Shown in pieces: positions 45,101 through 57,500 of a stretch of 64,000 nt of DNA. The notes under the pieces are model-generated. The model was not told the DNA's origin. It was given only the letters and a program-made list of their open reading frames with translations, and did not search any database. The stretch's first letter is position 1; each line of letters starts with the position of its first letter. The DNA comes from Botryllus schlosseri (taxonomy: Eukaryota). The stretch is taken from assembly GCA_051294905.1 (NCBI GenBank), contig CM119376.1:29264001-29328000 (forward strand), written 5' to 3'. A program made the translations under genes and the position numbers.

Positions 45101-48100
45101 CCACGGGTTCGCCCGAATATGTTAAATTATTATTTACGGGCCCTACATTTTCCAAGACACCTAACTCAGCTTTACCGGTAAATCTGAATACATGAGCAGA
45201 GAGAGGATAAGAAATTGATAGAAATATATATGCAATTCCCGATCATATTGACCGATTCAATCATACCGATGGAAATTTTTCGCGCTTCGCACGAATTAAG
45301 CCGACTAACTAATGAGTCCAACAATTTGTGCTGAGAAGTAGCGGGGAAGAGGTATCGGGGGAGTTGGGTATGAGGGGTGCAGAAATTTGCTTTATCGCCC
45401 TATGGAGGGGGGGGTCAAGACCAACGTATTGGGGGCTGACGAAGTGCTGTTATGGTCCTTTTGGAATCAAGTCGGAGAAATCACCTTTTTTGTTACTCAG
45501 CTCACCAAAATTTAGCTGGGAAAGTGAAATTTCGCGGTCGAGCCGAAAAGTTGACCTTTTTTCTTAGTCAACTCGCCGGTGATTTCAGTCTGTATGCCCA
45601 TTCTTCGGTTCCCCATATTTGGGGGGCGATGATCGGCGTGGAGTTTGAAAAGGGGGCGATGAGCCAAAAAAGGTTGGGAACCACTGGTGTAGTCTGTAGG
45701 AGTCGACACCATGCGAGTGCGTTCAACGCTTCCATCGATATTTATATGTGTGAGCCCCAAATATTCCTGTCCTTGTCAAATAAACCCAGCGGCAAACACA
45801 GGCGACCCGCAATAAATGCAAGGGACATTAGTATCGGCCGAACTCATAAATTAACTTTGAATGAAACTACAATTTACCAATACCGATCTTGATCGAAAGC
45901 TATTTCGCAAATACAATTTTAAAGCTGGCAGGTCAACGGAACCACCAATAAATATAGCCGTCCAAGTCTGAAATCTGGAAATCGGCATTGTTCCGAATGA
46001 TCGCTCGATAAAATTCCATTATCCTGGTCAATTATTCATTCGGACATCGTGTCTTAAGCGTATTCGGCCTGTGTTGATACTCGGACATCGTGTCTGGGGC
46101 GTGTTCGGTCCGTGTTGCCATTCGGACATGGTGTCTTGGGTGTGTTCGGCCTGTATTGATACTTGGACATCGTGTCTGGGGCGTGCTTGGACATCATGTC
46201 TGGGGTGTGTTCGGCCTGTGATGCCATTCGGACATGGTGTCTCGGGCGTGTTCGGCCTGTATTGATACCCGGACATCGTATCTGGGGCGTATTCGGACAT
46301 CATGTCTGGGGTGTTATCGGCCTGTGTTGCCATTCGGACATGGTGTCTTGGGCGTGTTCGGCCTGTGTTGATACCCGATCATCGTATCTGGAGCGTGTTT
46401 GGACATCATGTCTGGTGTGTGTTCGGCCTGTGCTGCCAATCGGACATCGTGTCTGGGGCATGTTCGGCCATTCAAACATGGTGTCTCGGCTGTGTTCGGA
46501 CATTGTGTCTGCGGCGACTTCGGACATCATGTCTGGGATGTGGTCGGCCTAATACCATTCACACATTATGTCTGGGGTGTGTTCGGCCTGTGCTGCCATT
46601 CGGACATGGTGTCTTGGGTGTGTTCGGCCGTGTTGATACCCGGACATCGTATCTGGCGCGTGTTCGGACATCATGTGTGGGATGTGTTCGGACTGGGTTA
46701 GCACTAGAAAGTCGTGCCTGGTACTGTAACTGACTTTATAGTGAATATAGCGACTATCCTTATTTCTGACATGACTATCCTCATTTCTGACATGACTATC
46801 CTCATTTCTGACATGAGACTATCCTTATTTCAAACATGACTATCCCTATATCAAACATGGCTATCCTTATTTCTAACATGACTATCCTTATTTCAAACAC
46901 TAGACTGACCTTATTTCAAACACGACCAACCTTAATAACATCGTGTCTGGGGGGTGTTGGGACTGTGTTGCCAATAGCACATCGTGTCTGGGGCGTTCCG
47001 ACACCATGTATGGGTTGTGTTCGGCCTGTGCTGCCAATCGGACATCGTGTCTGGGGCATGCTCGGCCATTCAATCATGGTGTCTGGGTTGTTTTCGGATC
47101 TGAGTTGACACTCGGACATCGTGTCTGGGGTGTGTTCGGCCTGTGTTGCCATTCGGACATGGTGTCTTGGGCGTGTTCGGCCCGTGTTGATACCCGGACT
47201 TCGTATCTGGGGCGTATTCGGACATCATGTCTGGGGTGTTATCGGCCTGTGTTGCCGTTCGGACATGGTGTCTTGGGCGTGTTCGGCCTGTGTTGATACC
47301 CGATCATCGTATCTGGAGCGTGTTTGGACATCATGTCTGGGGTGTGTTCGGCCTGTGCTGCCAATCGGACATCGTGTCTGGGGCATGTTCGGCCATTCAA
47401 ACATGGTGTCTCGGCTGTGTTCGGACATTGTGTCTGCGGCGACTTTGGACATCATGTCTGGGATGTGGTCGGCCTATGATGCCATTCACACATTATGTCT
47501 GGGGTGTGTTCGGCCTGTGCTGCCATTCGGACATGGTGTCTTGGGTGTGTTCGGCCGTGTTGATACCCGGACAACGTATCTGGGGCGTGTTCGGACATCA
47601 TGTCTGGGGGGGGGGGTGTTCGGCCTGTACTGCCATTCACACATGATGTCTAGGGCGTGTTCGGCCTGTGTATTGATACCCGGACATCGTATCTGGGGCG
47701 TGTTTGGACATCATGTCTGTGGTGTGTTCGGCCTGTGCTGCCAATCGGACATCGTGTCTGGGGCATGTTCGGCCATTCAAGCATGGTGTCTGGGTTGTTT
47801 TCGGATCTGAGTTGACACTCGGACATCGTATCTGGGGCGTATTCGGACATCATGTCTGGGGTGTTATCGGCCTGTGTTGCCGTTCGGACATGGTGTCTTG
47901 GGCGTGTTCGGCCTGTGTTGATACCCGATCATCGTATCTGGAGCGTGTTTGGACATCATGTCTGGGGTGTGTTCGGCCTGTGCTGCCAATCGGACATCGT
48001 GTCTGGGGCATGTTCGGCCATTCAAACATGGTGTCTCGGCTGTGTTCGGACATTGTGTCTGCGGCGACTTTGGACATCATGTCTGGGATGTGGTCGGCCT

Positions 48101-48871
48101 ATGATGCCATTCACACATTATGTCTGGGGTGTGTTCGGCCTGTGCTGCCATTCGGACATGGTGTCTTGGGTGTGTTCGGCCGTGTTGATACCCGGACAAC
48201 GTATCTGGGGCGTGTTCGGACATCATGTCTGGGGGGGGGGGTTCGGCCTGTACTGCCATTCACACATGATGTCTAGGGCGTGTTCGGCCTGTGTATTGAT
48301 ACCCGGACATCGTATCTGGGGCGTGTTTGGACATCATGTCTGTGGTGTGTTCGGCCTGTGCTGCCAATCGGACATCGTGTCTGGGGCATGTTCGGCCATT
48401 CAAGCATGGTGTCTGGGTTGTTTTCGGATCTGAGTTGACACTCGGACATCGTGTCTGGGGCGTGTTCGGTCCGTGTTGCCATTCGGACATGGTGTCTTTT
48501 GGGCGTGTTCGGCCCGTGTTGATACCCGGACATCGTATCTGGGGCGTGTTCAGACATCATGTCTGGGGTGTTTTCGGCCTGTGTTGCCATTCGGACATGG
48601 TGTCTTGGGCGTGTTCGGCCTGTGTTGATACCCGGACATCGTGTCTGGGGCGTGTTTGGACATCATGTCTGGGATGTGTTCGGACTGGGTTAGCAGCACT
48701 AGAAAGTCGTGCCTGGTACTGTAACTGACTTTATAGTGAATATAGCGACTATCCTTATTTCTGACATGACTATCCTCATTTCTGACATGACTATCCTCAT
48801 TTCTGACATGAGACTCACCTCATTTCTAACATATTTGTCCTTATTTCAAACCAATCGAACCAACCTTCCTC
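42137..48871. mobile_element. Foldback-type element of about 6.7 kb with long modular tandem-repeat arms (left about 42143-44135, right about 46040-48865)
   Basis: The arms are reverse complements: ORF-track translations 42280-42681(-) and 48327-48728(+) are identical. Arms contain 20-bp outer repeats and 24+17-bp inner repeats. No transposase in the centre. Confidence 0.85.
44351..45686. mobile_element. Non-autonomous Buster-type hAT element inserted in the foldback spacer
   Basis: CAGTGGTTCCCAAC...GTTGGGAACCACTG with perfect TSD GTGTAGTC. Internal homology to 57080-58546. Confidence 0.9.
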
Positions 48872-49814
48872 CAAAGAAGGGCACTAAGACTAACGCATAT
48901 TGAAACTATAACTAGGCCCATATCTGAGTCTGACAATGAGCCATCGAAACATTGACCAGAAGAAATGAGAAATGATCGAAAGAGAAATGAACACGTTACT
49001 AAGTAGCAACGTACCGCACGGTCAATAGTAGGCCAATATCAATAAATGAATGTTACTACATAAAGAAACATTCTATACTGCTGAAAGGCCAGGACTTTGT
49101 TATAATGAATGTGAGACCGAATGATGTGTGGATAGTAAACATAGTAAATAATTATATCTTTGTCAAATGTAATTTTAGCAATTAGCGATTTAAGTGAACG
49201 ACGCATCATCGTTCTTTATTGTACTTCATCTGATTCAGATCAGGAATGGAGCAGCGAATTAAAATTAAAGACGATGTTTTCTGGGAGGCAGGCCTACTAG
49301 GTTGATCCAGTTGATCCACCTCTTTCGACAATGGGGCACCAACTTCGATTCTCAGCAGAGGACGTTCCGTTAGACATGTATCTCTAGTCTTCTTATCCCT
49401 AGGTCGCCGTTCTTGTGGTGTATTTACAAAAATTAGAAAAAATACCTGGTGAAGAACAAATGAAAAGCGAATGAAAATGGCAATGAAATATTTCCAAAAA
49501 AGAAGACACAGCCGGCTGATGAAGTTAGAACACTGATACACCAGACATTAGATTGTGTGTTCCTGCGTTTTTACATTTATACTTATTTGTTTCTTATGTA
49601 TTTCGGTTTTATTAAAATTTAATGAAATTATGAAATAAAGTCTCTCACAAGCCCCGTTTTACGAAGGTCCGGAGATTCTCGTCACGCAACGATGACGTCG
49701 TTATGGTAATCGAAAATACAAAATCACCGGACAAGCACGCTGGCAGCAATACCATACTCGTTTTGTTTTGGTGTATCGCAATTTGCAACTTACTCTTTTC
49801 CGGTTCCGCATTCA

Positions 49815-51602
49815 ATGACACGATTCACGAAATGGCAGAGAGAAGTCTCAGACGCCGTCAGCTGGCATCAAGATCAAGCTCTTTCCGCCACCATCTTTCT
49901 ACTCCGAGAAACGGGACCCACAAGTTTTGTATTGGAGGAAGAAAATTCCGAAAAACGAGTACGAGTCAGCCTCGGAGATCCTCACACTTGCACTTGCGAC
50001 GTGTTCCGAAGAGAAAACAACCCGTGCAAGCATATTTGCTGGATAATTCTAAGGAAATTTAAGTGGCCAAGAAACAATGATCTTGCGTTTCAACACGGTC
50101 TCGTGGAAAGAGAAATAAATTTACTTTTGCAAGGCCCTCGGAACTCTACAAGGAGAACAAACGCAAGCCAACAAGACAACGCGAAAAATAAACAGAATTT
50201 AGATAAACCAGGGACTTTGGAACAGAGGCAGATAACTAATGTAGATGTGTGTCCGATTTGTCAAGAAGAACTACTCACTAAACATGCCCCCGTGACATAC
50301 TGTAAATTTGGTTGTGGAAATAGCATTCATATCAAATGCATGAAGGTCTGGGCGGAGCATCAACGCAATACTTCGCAAGATAACGAAATCAAGTGCCCTA
50401 TTTGCCGAGCATCTTTTGGGTCTTACTACAAACTTTTGGAAGAATTGAGAAATTCATCGGAAGAAAGTGATTCTGGATTTGACATCCATTTTTCAACCGT
50501 ATGTACGGGCTGTCAAATGTCTCCCATCAAAGGAAAGTGTTATAAATGCGTTTCTTGCGACGCGACTTTTCTATGCAACACTTGTTTCCACGGTAATAAG
50601 CACAGACAACACTCGTTCGAATTTCGATTAAAACGATGTCATCGCTGGCGTCAGGCTAAATCTAGACATAATAATTCCGGTTTGGAGATTGCGATACAAA
50701 ACGATCTTGGCGCACGTGAAATCACCGATGCAGATTACGATCTCCTTTTACAGCTGGACCAAGATTCCCAACAATCTTCTCAGACTGTAGATTTAAGCGG
50801 TTTACCACTACATATCATAAATTCGTTGCCTCTCAAAAAAGTCCGCGCCGGTGCCAAATTACTACAGCCTGGCCGACAATGCCGTCTGTGTTTGCACAAA
50901 TACGAACTTGGCCAGTTTGTGCGTATGCTGCCAGACTGCAAGCACATTTTCCATAAAGATTGCATCGATACGTGGCTTTCTGAAGATCACAGACGATGTC
51001 CGGTAGATCAAAAACTGGTCACAGTGTATCGAAGGCCTGCGTCCAAGCAAGAAAGTCCCCAAACACTCAATCATTCTTCCGGTGACACTATGGAACTAAT
51101 GGTTCCTGGAGTGGGTATCGCTAAGTTACAGAAGTCTAAAAACGATGACTCAAAGTCTGAACGTTTTATTGTCCATGAATTATCCCGAAAAATTAGGAAA
51201 TCGAGCAGTAATGCTAGCAGAAGATGGCATCGAACTAATTCCTCTTCAAATTTAACTACCAAACGAGATAGACATCATGAATTCAATGATAATTCAATCG
51301 ATTCCGCATCATCTCTACCATTCAATGAAGAATGTGGCGAAGATTATCACGCGGCAGATCCGTATAGCATTACGAGGGAATTGTCTGGAATTTCTGTCCA
51401 TGAAATGTTGAATACGATAGATGACGTTTTACCTGCAACGAGAGAACGTTCCCGAAACACGACTAAAAGTCGGATAGAAAAAGGTTTGGTTAGCAGAAGG
51501 AATAACGAACACCTGTTAGTTGCCCGTGTCAATAGTGCCAACGCAAATCCAGGACTCTGGCTGCAAGGAAGTTCGATAGGCCAGGAAGAGAATGATCTTT
51601 GA
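49815..51602 (+). CDS. ZSWIM2: E3 ubiquitin ligase ZSWIM2/MEX (SWIM, RING, ZZ, RING), single exon, 595 aa
   Basis: SWHQDQAL..IFLLRETGPT.F.L; SWIM CTC..PCKHICW; RING CPICQEE..CGNSIHIKCMKVW; ZZ CTGC..GKCYKC; RING-H2 CRLCL..CKHIFHKDCID. Confidence 0.95.
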   Translation: MTRFTKWQREVSDAVSWHQDQALSATIFLLRETGPTSFVLEEENSEKRVRVSLGDPHTCTCDVFRRENNPCKHICWIILRKFKWPRNNDLAFQHGLVEREINLLLQGPRNSTRRTNASQQDNAKNKQNLDKPGTLEQRQITNVDVCPICQEELLTKHAPVTYCKFGCGNSIHIKCMKVWAEHQRNTSQDNEIKCPICRASFGSYYKLLEELRNSSEESDSGFDIHFSTVCTGCQMSPIKGKCYKCVSCDATFLCNTCFHGNKHRQHSFEFRLKRCHRWRQAKSRHNNSGLEIAIQNDLGAREITDADYDLLLQLDQDSQQSSQTVDLSGLPLHIINSLPLKKVRAGAKLLQPGRQCRLCLHKYELGQFVRMLPDCKHIFHKDCIDTWLSEDHRRCPVDQKLVTVYRRPASKQESPQTLNHSSGDTMELMVPGVGIAKLQKSKNDDSKSERFIVHELSRKIRKSSSNASRRWHRTNSSSNLTTKRDRHHEFNDNSIDSASSLPFNEECGEDYHAADPYSITRELSGISVHEMLNTIDDVLPATRERSRNTTKSRIEKGLVSRRNNEHLLVARVNSANANPGLWLQGSSIGQEENDL

Positions 51603-52665
51603 TAACTTGTTGGATAATATATCTATGCAATTACGAAATGGTGTGAAATTATACGCAGAAAGGTTAATCTCTGTTGCTCTTCACTTTTCCTTTGCTAAAA
51701 TTACGATTTTCCATGAATAAATGATTTGTTCTCTATGGTAATAACAGGTCGACCAATCGTATGAAAGAAAGTGAACTTGTGGAATGCTGTCAATACTGTT
51801 GTTTAATGTTAAGCATTTGAAGAGACTTCATACTCGTGTTCATTTCAATATGAGTATATTATTAGATTGTACATTTAGCAATTCAATAAGTTTAACAGCA
51901 TTTGGAACTCAAGATATCCTGCGGAACGTTCAAGGGAACTGACATAGTCAACATTCGGATTATTTTATAACTTTGTTTGGTTATTGTAAGTAGTCACTCA
52001 TCCTGATACTGTGAGATTATGCTCCATTCGTGAGTCCGCGAATCCTCTAAATTTGCAACGCGATTGATCACTCAACTTTTGATTTTCTAGGATTGGATAT
52101 ATCATATGAAGCAGTTGTAGGCCTACTTCATAACAGCTGAAACGTTAGGCTCGCATTAGCAGAATGGCTGTTTGAGATAGAATAGCCTACTGTGCAGACT
52201 CACTTCAATGATGTTCGTCAGGGTAACTGCTAGGGTTGTAATCAGAGGTGGTCAGTAACGAAGTACTTCTACTTTTTGGAAGTACCCAAGTAGTTTTCCT
52301 CTACATCTGGTACTTACTCTAGTAGATATGATTTTTTCTACATCTACTTCGTAATATTTTGTGGTCTACGCACTTACTTTTCGCTATTTTCAGTTTGTCA
52401 AGTAGAAGTAGTTTAATCCCCCAATACAAAAGATAGCCTGAGGAATTTCACGGCTTTTTTCGCGGAGTACCAACATTTAATATTCATAAAAGTGAAGTAA
52501 AGCCAAGAAATTGTGTTGCGCTTCGCGCACAGTAGTTATTGAGATACAAATATGTTTTCACGGACGTATCAGTGAACATAATTTAGGTATCGGATTGCTT
52601 GGTTCCGCTCACACCGCATTGTCGCTCATATCAAATATTTCATCACAGTAAATATGGCCCACCGT

Positions 52666-53180
52666 TAGGGCTGGGCACAATGATTCGAGTACTCGAATCT
52701 GAATCGAGTATTAATTTTAATGATTAGAGTCGAGTAGTAAAAGACGATTTTTTCGAGTACTGAAATTACACGCTCCTTGCCACTGAAAGTTAATCCATCA
52801 ATGAGAATTATAGTTTTGATACTATTTTCCAATGTGGAAGGCTTAAAACCCTGATTGGCCGCATTGAAGCATACGAAACATGGTACAAAGCTGCCAACGT
52901 TACGTGAAATAACACATTTCCGAAGTCATAATCATCCCATAACCATGTCACGAAGTGCAATGAAATCGGTATGGTCGAAAAAATATCAAGGCATCTTTAA
53001 TGTGATGGATAACATGCATTATATTCTTTGTTGTGGCATGAAAGGTATATATTTGAACTTTGACGTATCACATTCTGTTATGACGTCCTCATGAGTGATA
53101 CTCGAATACTCGACTTGACTCGAAGCATAATACGTGATTCAGAATCGAATCACTCAGGTACTCGATTTTGCCCAGCCCTA
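52666..53180. mobile_element. MITE family D copy
   Basis: TAGGGCTGGGCACAAT...TTTTGCCCAGCCCTA. Confidence 0.78.
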
Positions 53181-53758
53181 CTTACCATACCGTTTGAAAC
53201 TACCGTTTTGCAATCTAGCAATTACCTATCATATCGTAATCTAGCAGCCCATTACATGTCTTGCTAATCTGGAAAATCCAGCTTTTTTGGTCGTTACACC
53301 TGTTTTAGCAGATCACCTTTTAAGCTTTATGGACCGAAGACATGAAATATATTTTCCGCTTTTTAGAAGTGGTATTTGTATTTCACTTTCAATTGCGAGT
53401 ATCATACTTTAGGTTCTAATTACTTTCAGTTCTTTTGTCTGCAGAACATACACGTTGAAGCATAAAAGCCACAATATATATAACTTTTACGATCCACAAT
53501 ATTTGTTATTAACCTATACTAATCGCACAAAGTGATGAAGCCGTATTCGATACAACTTCTACGTATTGCTCTTCGCCTAAACTGGGGGCCTTATAATTAG
53601 GGCTGGGCAAAATCGAGTACCTGAGTGATTCGATTCTGAATCACGAAATATACTTCGAGTCGAGTCGAGTAATCGAGTATCACCCATTATGACGTCAGAA
53701 CAAAATGTTATACGTCAACGTTTAAATATGTACCGTTTATGCACCACAAAGAATATAG

Positions 53759-54342
53759 GAAGAGCTTCTTGGAGGTACAGAACTTCAATATACAATTAAA
53801 TAGTATATTCATATTGAAATGAACCCGAATATTTTCGGCTGACACTCGTCAGGGGTAATCGTCAGCAACTAGTAGAGAATTGGAAAGAACATTGTATATC
53901 AACAATCGTATCACAAAATATGACGTCACCAGCATGAAATTTCGAATGAGAGAGCGTTCAATGTACTATTTTTAGGTATCGTGTATCACCTAAAAATAGT
54001 ACATTGAACGCTCTCTCATTCGAAATTTCATGCTGGTGACGTCACACATCAAGTAATATCCGCATTCAGACACAGCATCTCAACGCTCTACGCCAAGTCC
54101 CATCACCAGCAATAACTTGATCATTAATTTTTTTTCATATTCAGCATAACATTATTAGATTTTCATTACAATATGCGGAATAATCCATAGCCGTCATCAT
54201 GAAAAATCATGTCAGAACTGTGTAAGAATCTCGGCATAATTTGTCCTGCAACGCATTGAATCCGACATGCAAGTAAGTTTATTTCAATATGAATATACTA
54301 TTCAATCGTATATTGAAGTTCTGTACCGCCAAGAGTCTCTTC
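53759..54342. mobile_element. MITE family F (about 60-bp TIR GAGCTTCTTGGAGGTACAGAACTTCAATA)
   Basis: The two ends are reverse complements. Solo ends recur near 56680-56745 and 60360-60400. Confidence 0.7.
53921..54044. repeat. Perfect 57-bp inverted repeat with a 10-nt spacer
   Basis: 53921-53977 is the exact reverse complement of 53988-54044. Confidence 0.95.
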
Positions 54343-54554
54343 ACATCTCCTTTTTTATATGCTACTCAATCGAATAATTTTCACGCTTTTTATTCTCTCC
54401 TTCCACTCAAAACAGTTTAGACACGTCAATGAAATCATCACCTCTACTCGAAATCAAGCAGAAATTTGTGGCGTCACTTTTACTGCTACGCGAGTAGTAG
54501 TAACACCGACTACTTTGTCGACCTCCTGTGAGGGAATCTGCAAAGTCATCGAGC

Positions 54555-57500
54555 TCATAAATTATCAAATCTCCGAGCTTCTTCAAGCTTTTCCTGATTT
54601 AGAGTGCCGTCTTCGTCGAGGTAATTCAATAGAACAACCGAAATATCTCTACTCTCGATTTTCTCGCTCAACTGACTCATCAAGTCCGGCACGCTCGAAG
54701 AAGGCTGGTCTTCTAAACGCCGATTCAATTCTCTCTTTTTTACACCGTTCAAGGAACAAGTCCGTCCCAATCGTAGACTAGGTGACGAGTTCATTTTTTG
54801 TAGTTTGGCGAGCCGCTTGTCCACTAGTTTGAACTCTTTTGTGGGCGAATTCGGACCGGCAGGCGGTGACGATGGCACGTGATACCGGGACAGCGTGGAT
54901 GTGTCTTTGGATAACGTCGTGGTCCGCGTGCAGGTGCTGCCAAACAAACAGACTGTGTATTTTCGAAAGGAGACGAAATCATTCTGTGAAATAGTAGCCA
55001 GTAGAGCTGTACAAAGATTCGAGTATTCAAATCTGAATCGAGTATTAATTCTATCGATTCGAGTGGAGTAGGGAGAGATGAATTTTTTGAGTTAAATTAT
55101 GCACTTCATGCCACTAGGAGCAAATTTATCACCGAAAATTCTAGTTCCGACACTATTTTCCACTCGAGTCACAACACCATGATTTAGACTCGGCCCTCTC
55201 CTCGCTGACTTGGACTCGGACTTGAATCGATGGTGAATTAAAAATGACTTGACTTGACCCGAGTCAAAACCGTAAAAGTGAGATTGACTTTTGACTTGGA
55301 ATCTTGTGACTTCGTTACGACCCTGAATATAAAAATTGACTCGAGTTGAGTCATTTTACGCGTTTGAGATTTTTTTGGCGACTTTACTCGACACGAGTCA
55401 TTATACGCATTTGAAAAAATGACTCGAGTCAAGTAGAGTCACCAAAAAATCTCGAGTCATAACAACCCTGGTTTTATCACGTCATACCAAACAGGTGTTA
55501 CGAAGCTCTAGGGCTGTTCAAAAAAAGCTTTTTTTCCTGAATCTTGCTGACTAGGTGATTAAATCGTTAGGTTGCCTTGAAAAACGACGCACACCAAATT
55601 TGAATTCATTCCAACCGGTAATCGCGGATTTCGTACAGGTTAAAAATTTTGAATTGTCCGAAAATGGGAAAAAAAATTTTTGACATTATTCTGTCAACCC
55701 CATAAAATTTGTTGCGCCATCTTCAAAAACAATGCAAAACAAATTCGACGCAATTCCAACCTGTAGAAGAGGAGTTATTTGAGTTTTTCTTTGATAATTC
55801 TGGGATTATCCTTGATCGGCGGGTGATCGAAGAATTATCGTCGAAAAACTCAAATAACTCCGCTTCTACAGTTTGGAATGAATTCAAATTTGGTTTGCGT
55901 CGTTCTTTAAGGCAACCTATCAACTTAATCACCAAGTCAGCAAGATTCAGGAAAAAAACGTTTTTTTTTAACAGCCCTACTACATACGTTAGTGGAGATG
56001 ACATATCCGTGAATTCGTGACCACTGACCAACTTATAGCATTGTCACAAAGTGCAAATTACCTTGATGTTGAGTAGAGAGAACATTATATACTTTGTGGT
56101 CGCCAAAAAGATACATATTTGAAATTTTCACATCTTTCATACTGACGTCATAATGAGTGATACTAAAATGGAATCAATTAGCTACCCATAGCCCGTACCT
56201 GCCCGGCGATCTGTCCTGCCACGCTTTGGCCGGTAAATACTGGCAGGGCACGATACTGTGGCTGGACGCGGCCGATTTCAATATCCTGCTAACGCCTTCG
56301 CTGACCGGTGTGCTGTACTTTGCGCGGTGGTGCCTCCGTTCTGACATGCTACGTTTGAAAGGCGATTCGTCGCGTGTTCCCGACGACGCCCTTTTACGAT
56401 TTGGGGCGTCTTTGCCCGGACAGGAACGGGTCGAGAGAGATCTTGTTTGGAAGTTGCTGTCGGGCTCGTTGGTGAAATTAACTCGGTTTCGGGTATCTGG
56501 ATTTTCTTTTTTCGCGAATAAAATCTTCATCGAGGCGCGGTCTTGCGTGGAAAAGAATTTCGAGGCATCTCTCAAATTTTGAACACTGCCCAGATCGTCT
56601 GTGCCTGCGTATTATTAGAAGAGTGAGCACAAGACCATAAGCCTGCCTATTCTACAGTGGTAATATGGTATCAGAGGTGGTTCATTTCAATATGAATATA
56701 TTACTCAATTGTATATTGAAGTTCTGTACCTCATGGAAGCTCTTTAAGTAGTTACGTTTTTAAATCACTTCGACTTCTAACTGATAGTTTTTTAGGCAGA
56801 ACTTATACTGCAACGTAGTAAATGGTTTTTGGGGATGTTGGAATGAAATTGTCATGTCAACTGGGCAAAATAGACACTGTAAAACAGGGTTGTAATGACT
56901 CGAGTCGACGACTTTTTAGAGACTCGACTTGACTTGAGAGACTTGACTTTTGTATTGACTTGACTTGTGTATGACTCGAACCAATTCATATGACTCGAGA
57001 CTGTGACGGTCAAGACAGACATTTCATTGTAACTTTGAAGAATAGTAAAGTCACCACATGATTGGTATTTCGTCTAGCGCAGTGGTTCCCAAACGGTGGG
57101 GAATTCCCCACTGGTGGGGAATTCAATGGTTTCTGGTGGGGAATAGACGCATTTGTTCAAAATTATCTACAGGACAGTCGACATATTCACGGAGACACAT
57201 GCGCAATTACCGCTACCAGTTCACTGCTCTGGAATATATGTATCGAAAATTATATTGCATGTTGTTCACAAAACCTCGTTTTTGACTCTGGATGGCCTAT
57301 GATGGCGTCACAAACGCATCCAGCACGAATAATTTGACGTGAAATAACGCTTTCGCGAAATTATGAGCGTTACTGGTATCGGTTCACAATTCGTTTTATG
57401 TTGCATTTATAGGCGATTTTTTTGCGTACTGGCGTGGTTGTGTGTCTTGTGTAGTCAAACCAGCAAATAGCTGCTCTGTGACGACAATATTGCTGGGTAG

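Noticed and set aside
42280-48728. Dozens of overlapping 60-230 aa ORFs on both strands
   Set aside because: They are by-products of stop-poor tandem repeats and occur in several frames at once, with no domain signature.
42143-48865. CRISPR-like repeat array
   Set aside because: The units are degenerate and the intervening sequences are themselves repeated rather than unique spacers. There are no cas genes and the context is eukaryotic.
35001-56582. Antisense ORFs over LNX, LPCAT3, ZSWIM2 and aGPCR exons (e.g. 54359-54781, 56157-56582)
   Set aside because: They are shadows of real coding frames with no independent evidence.
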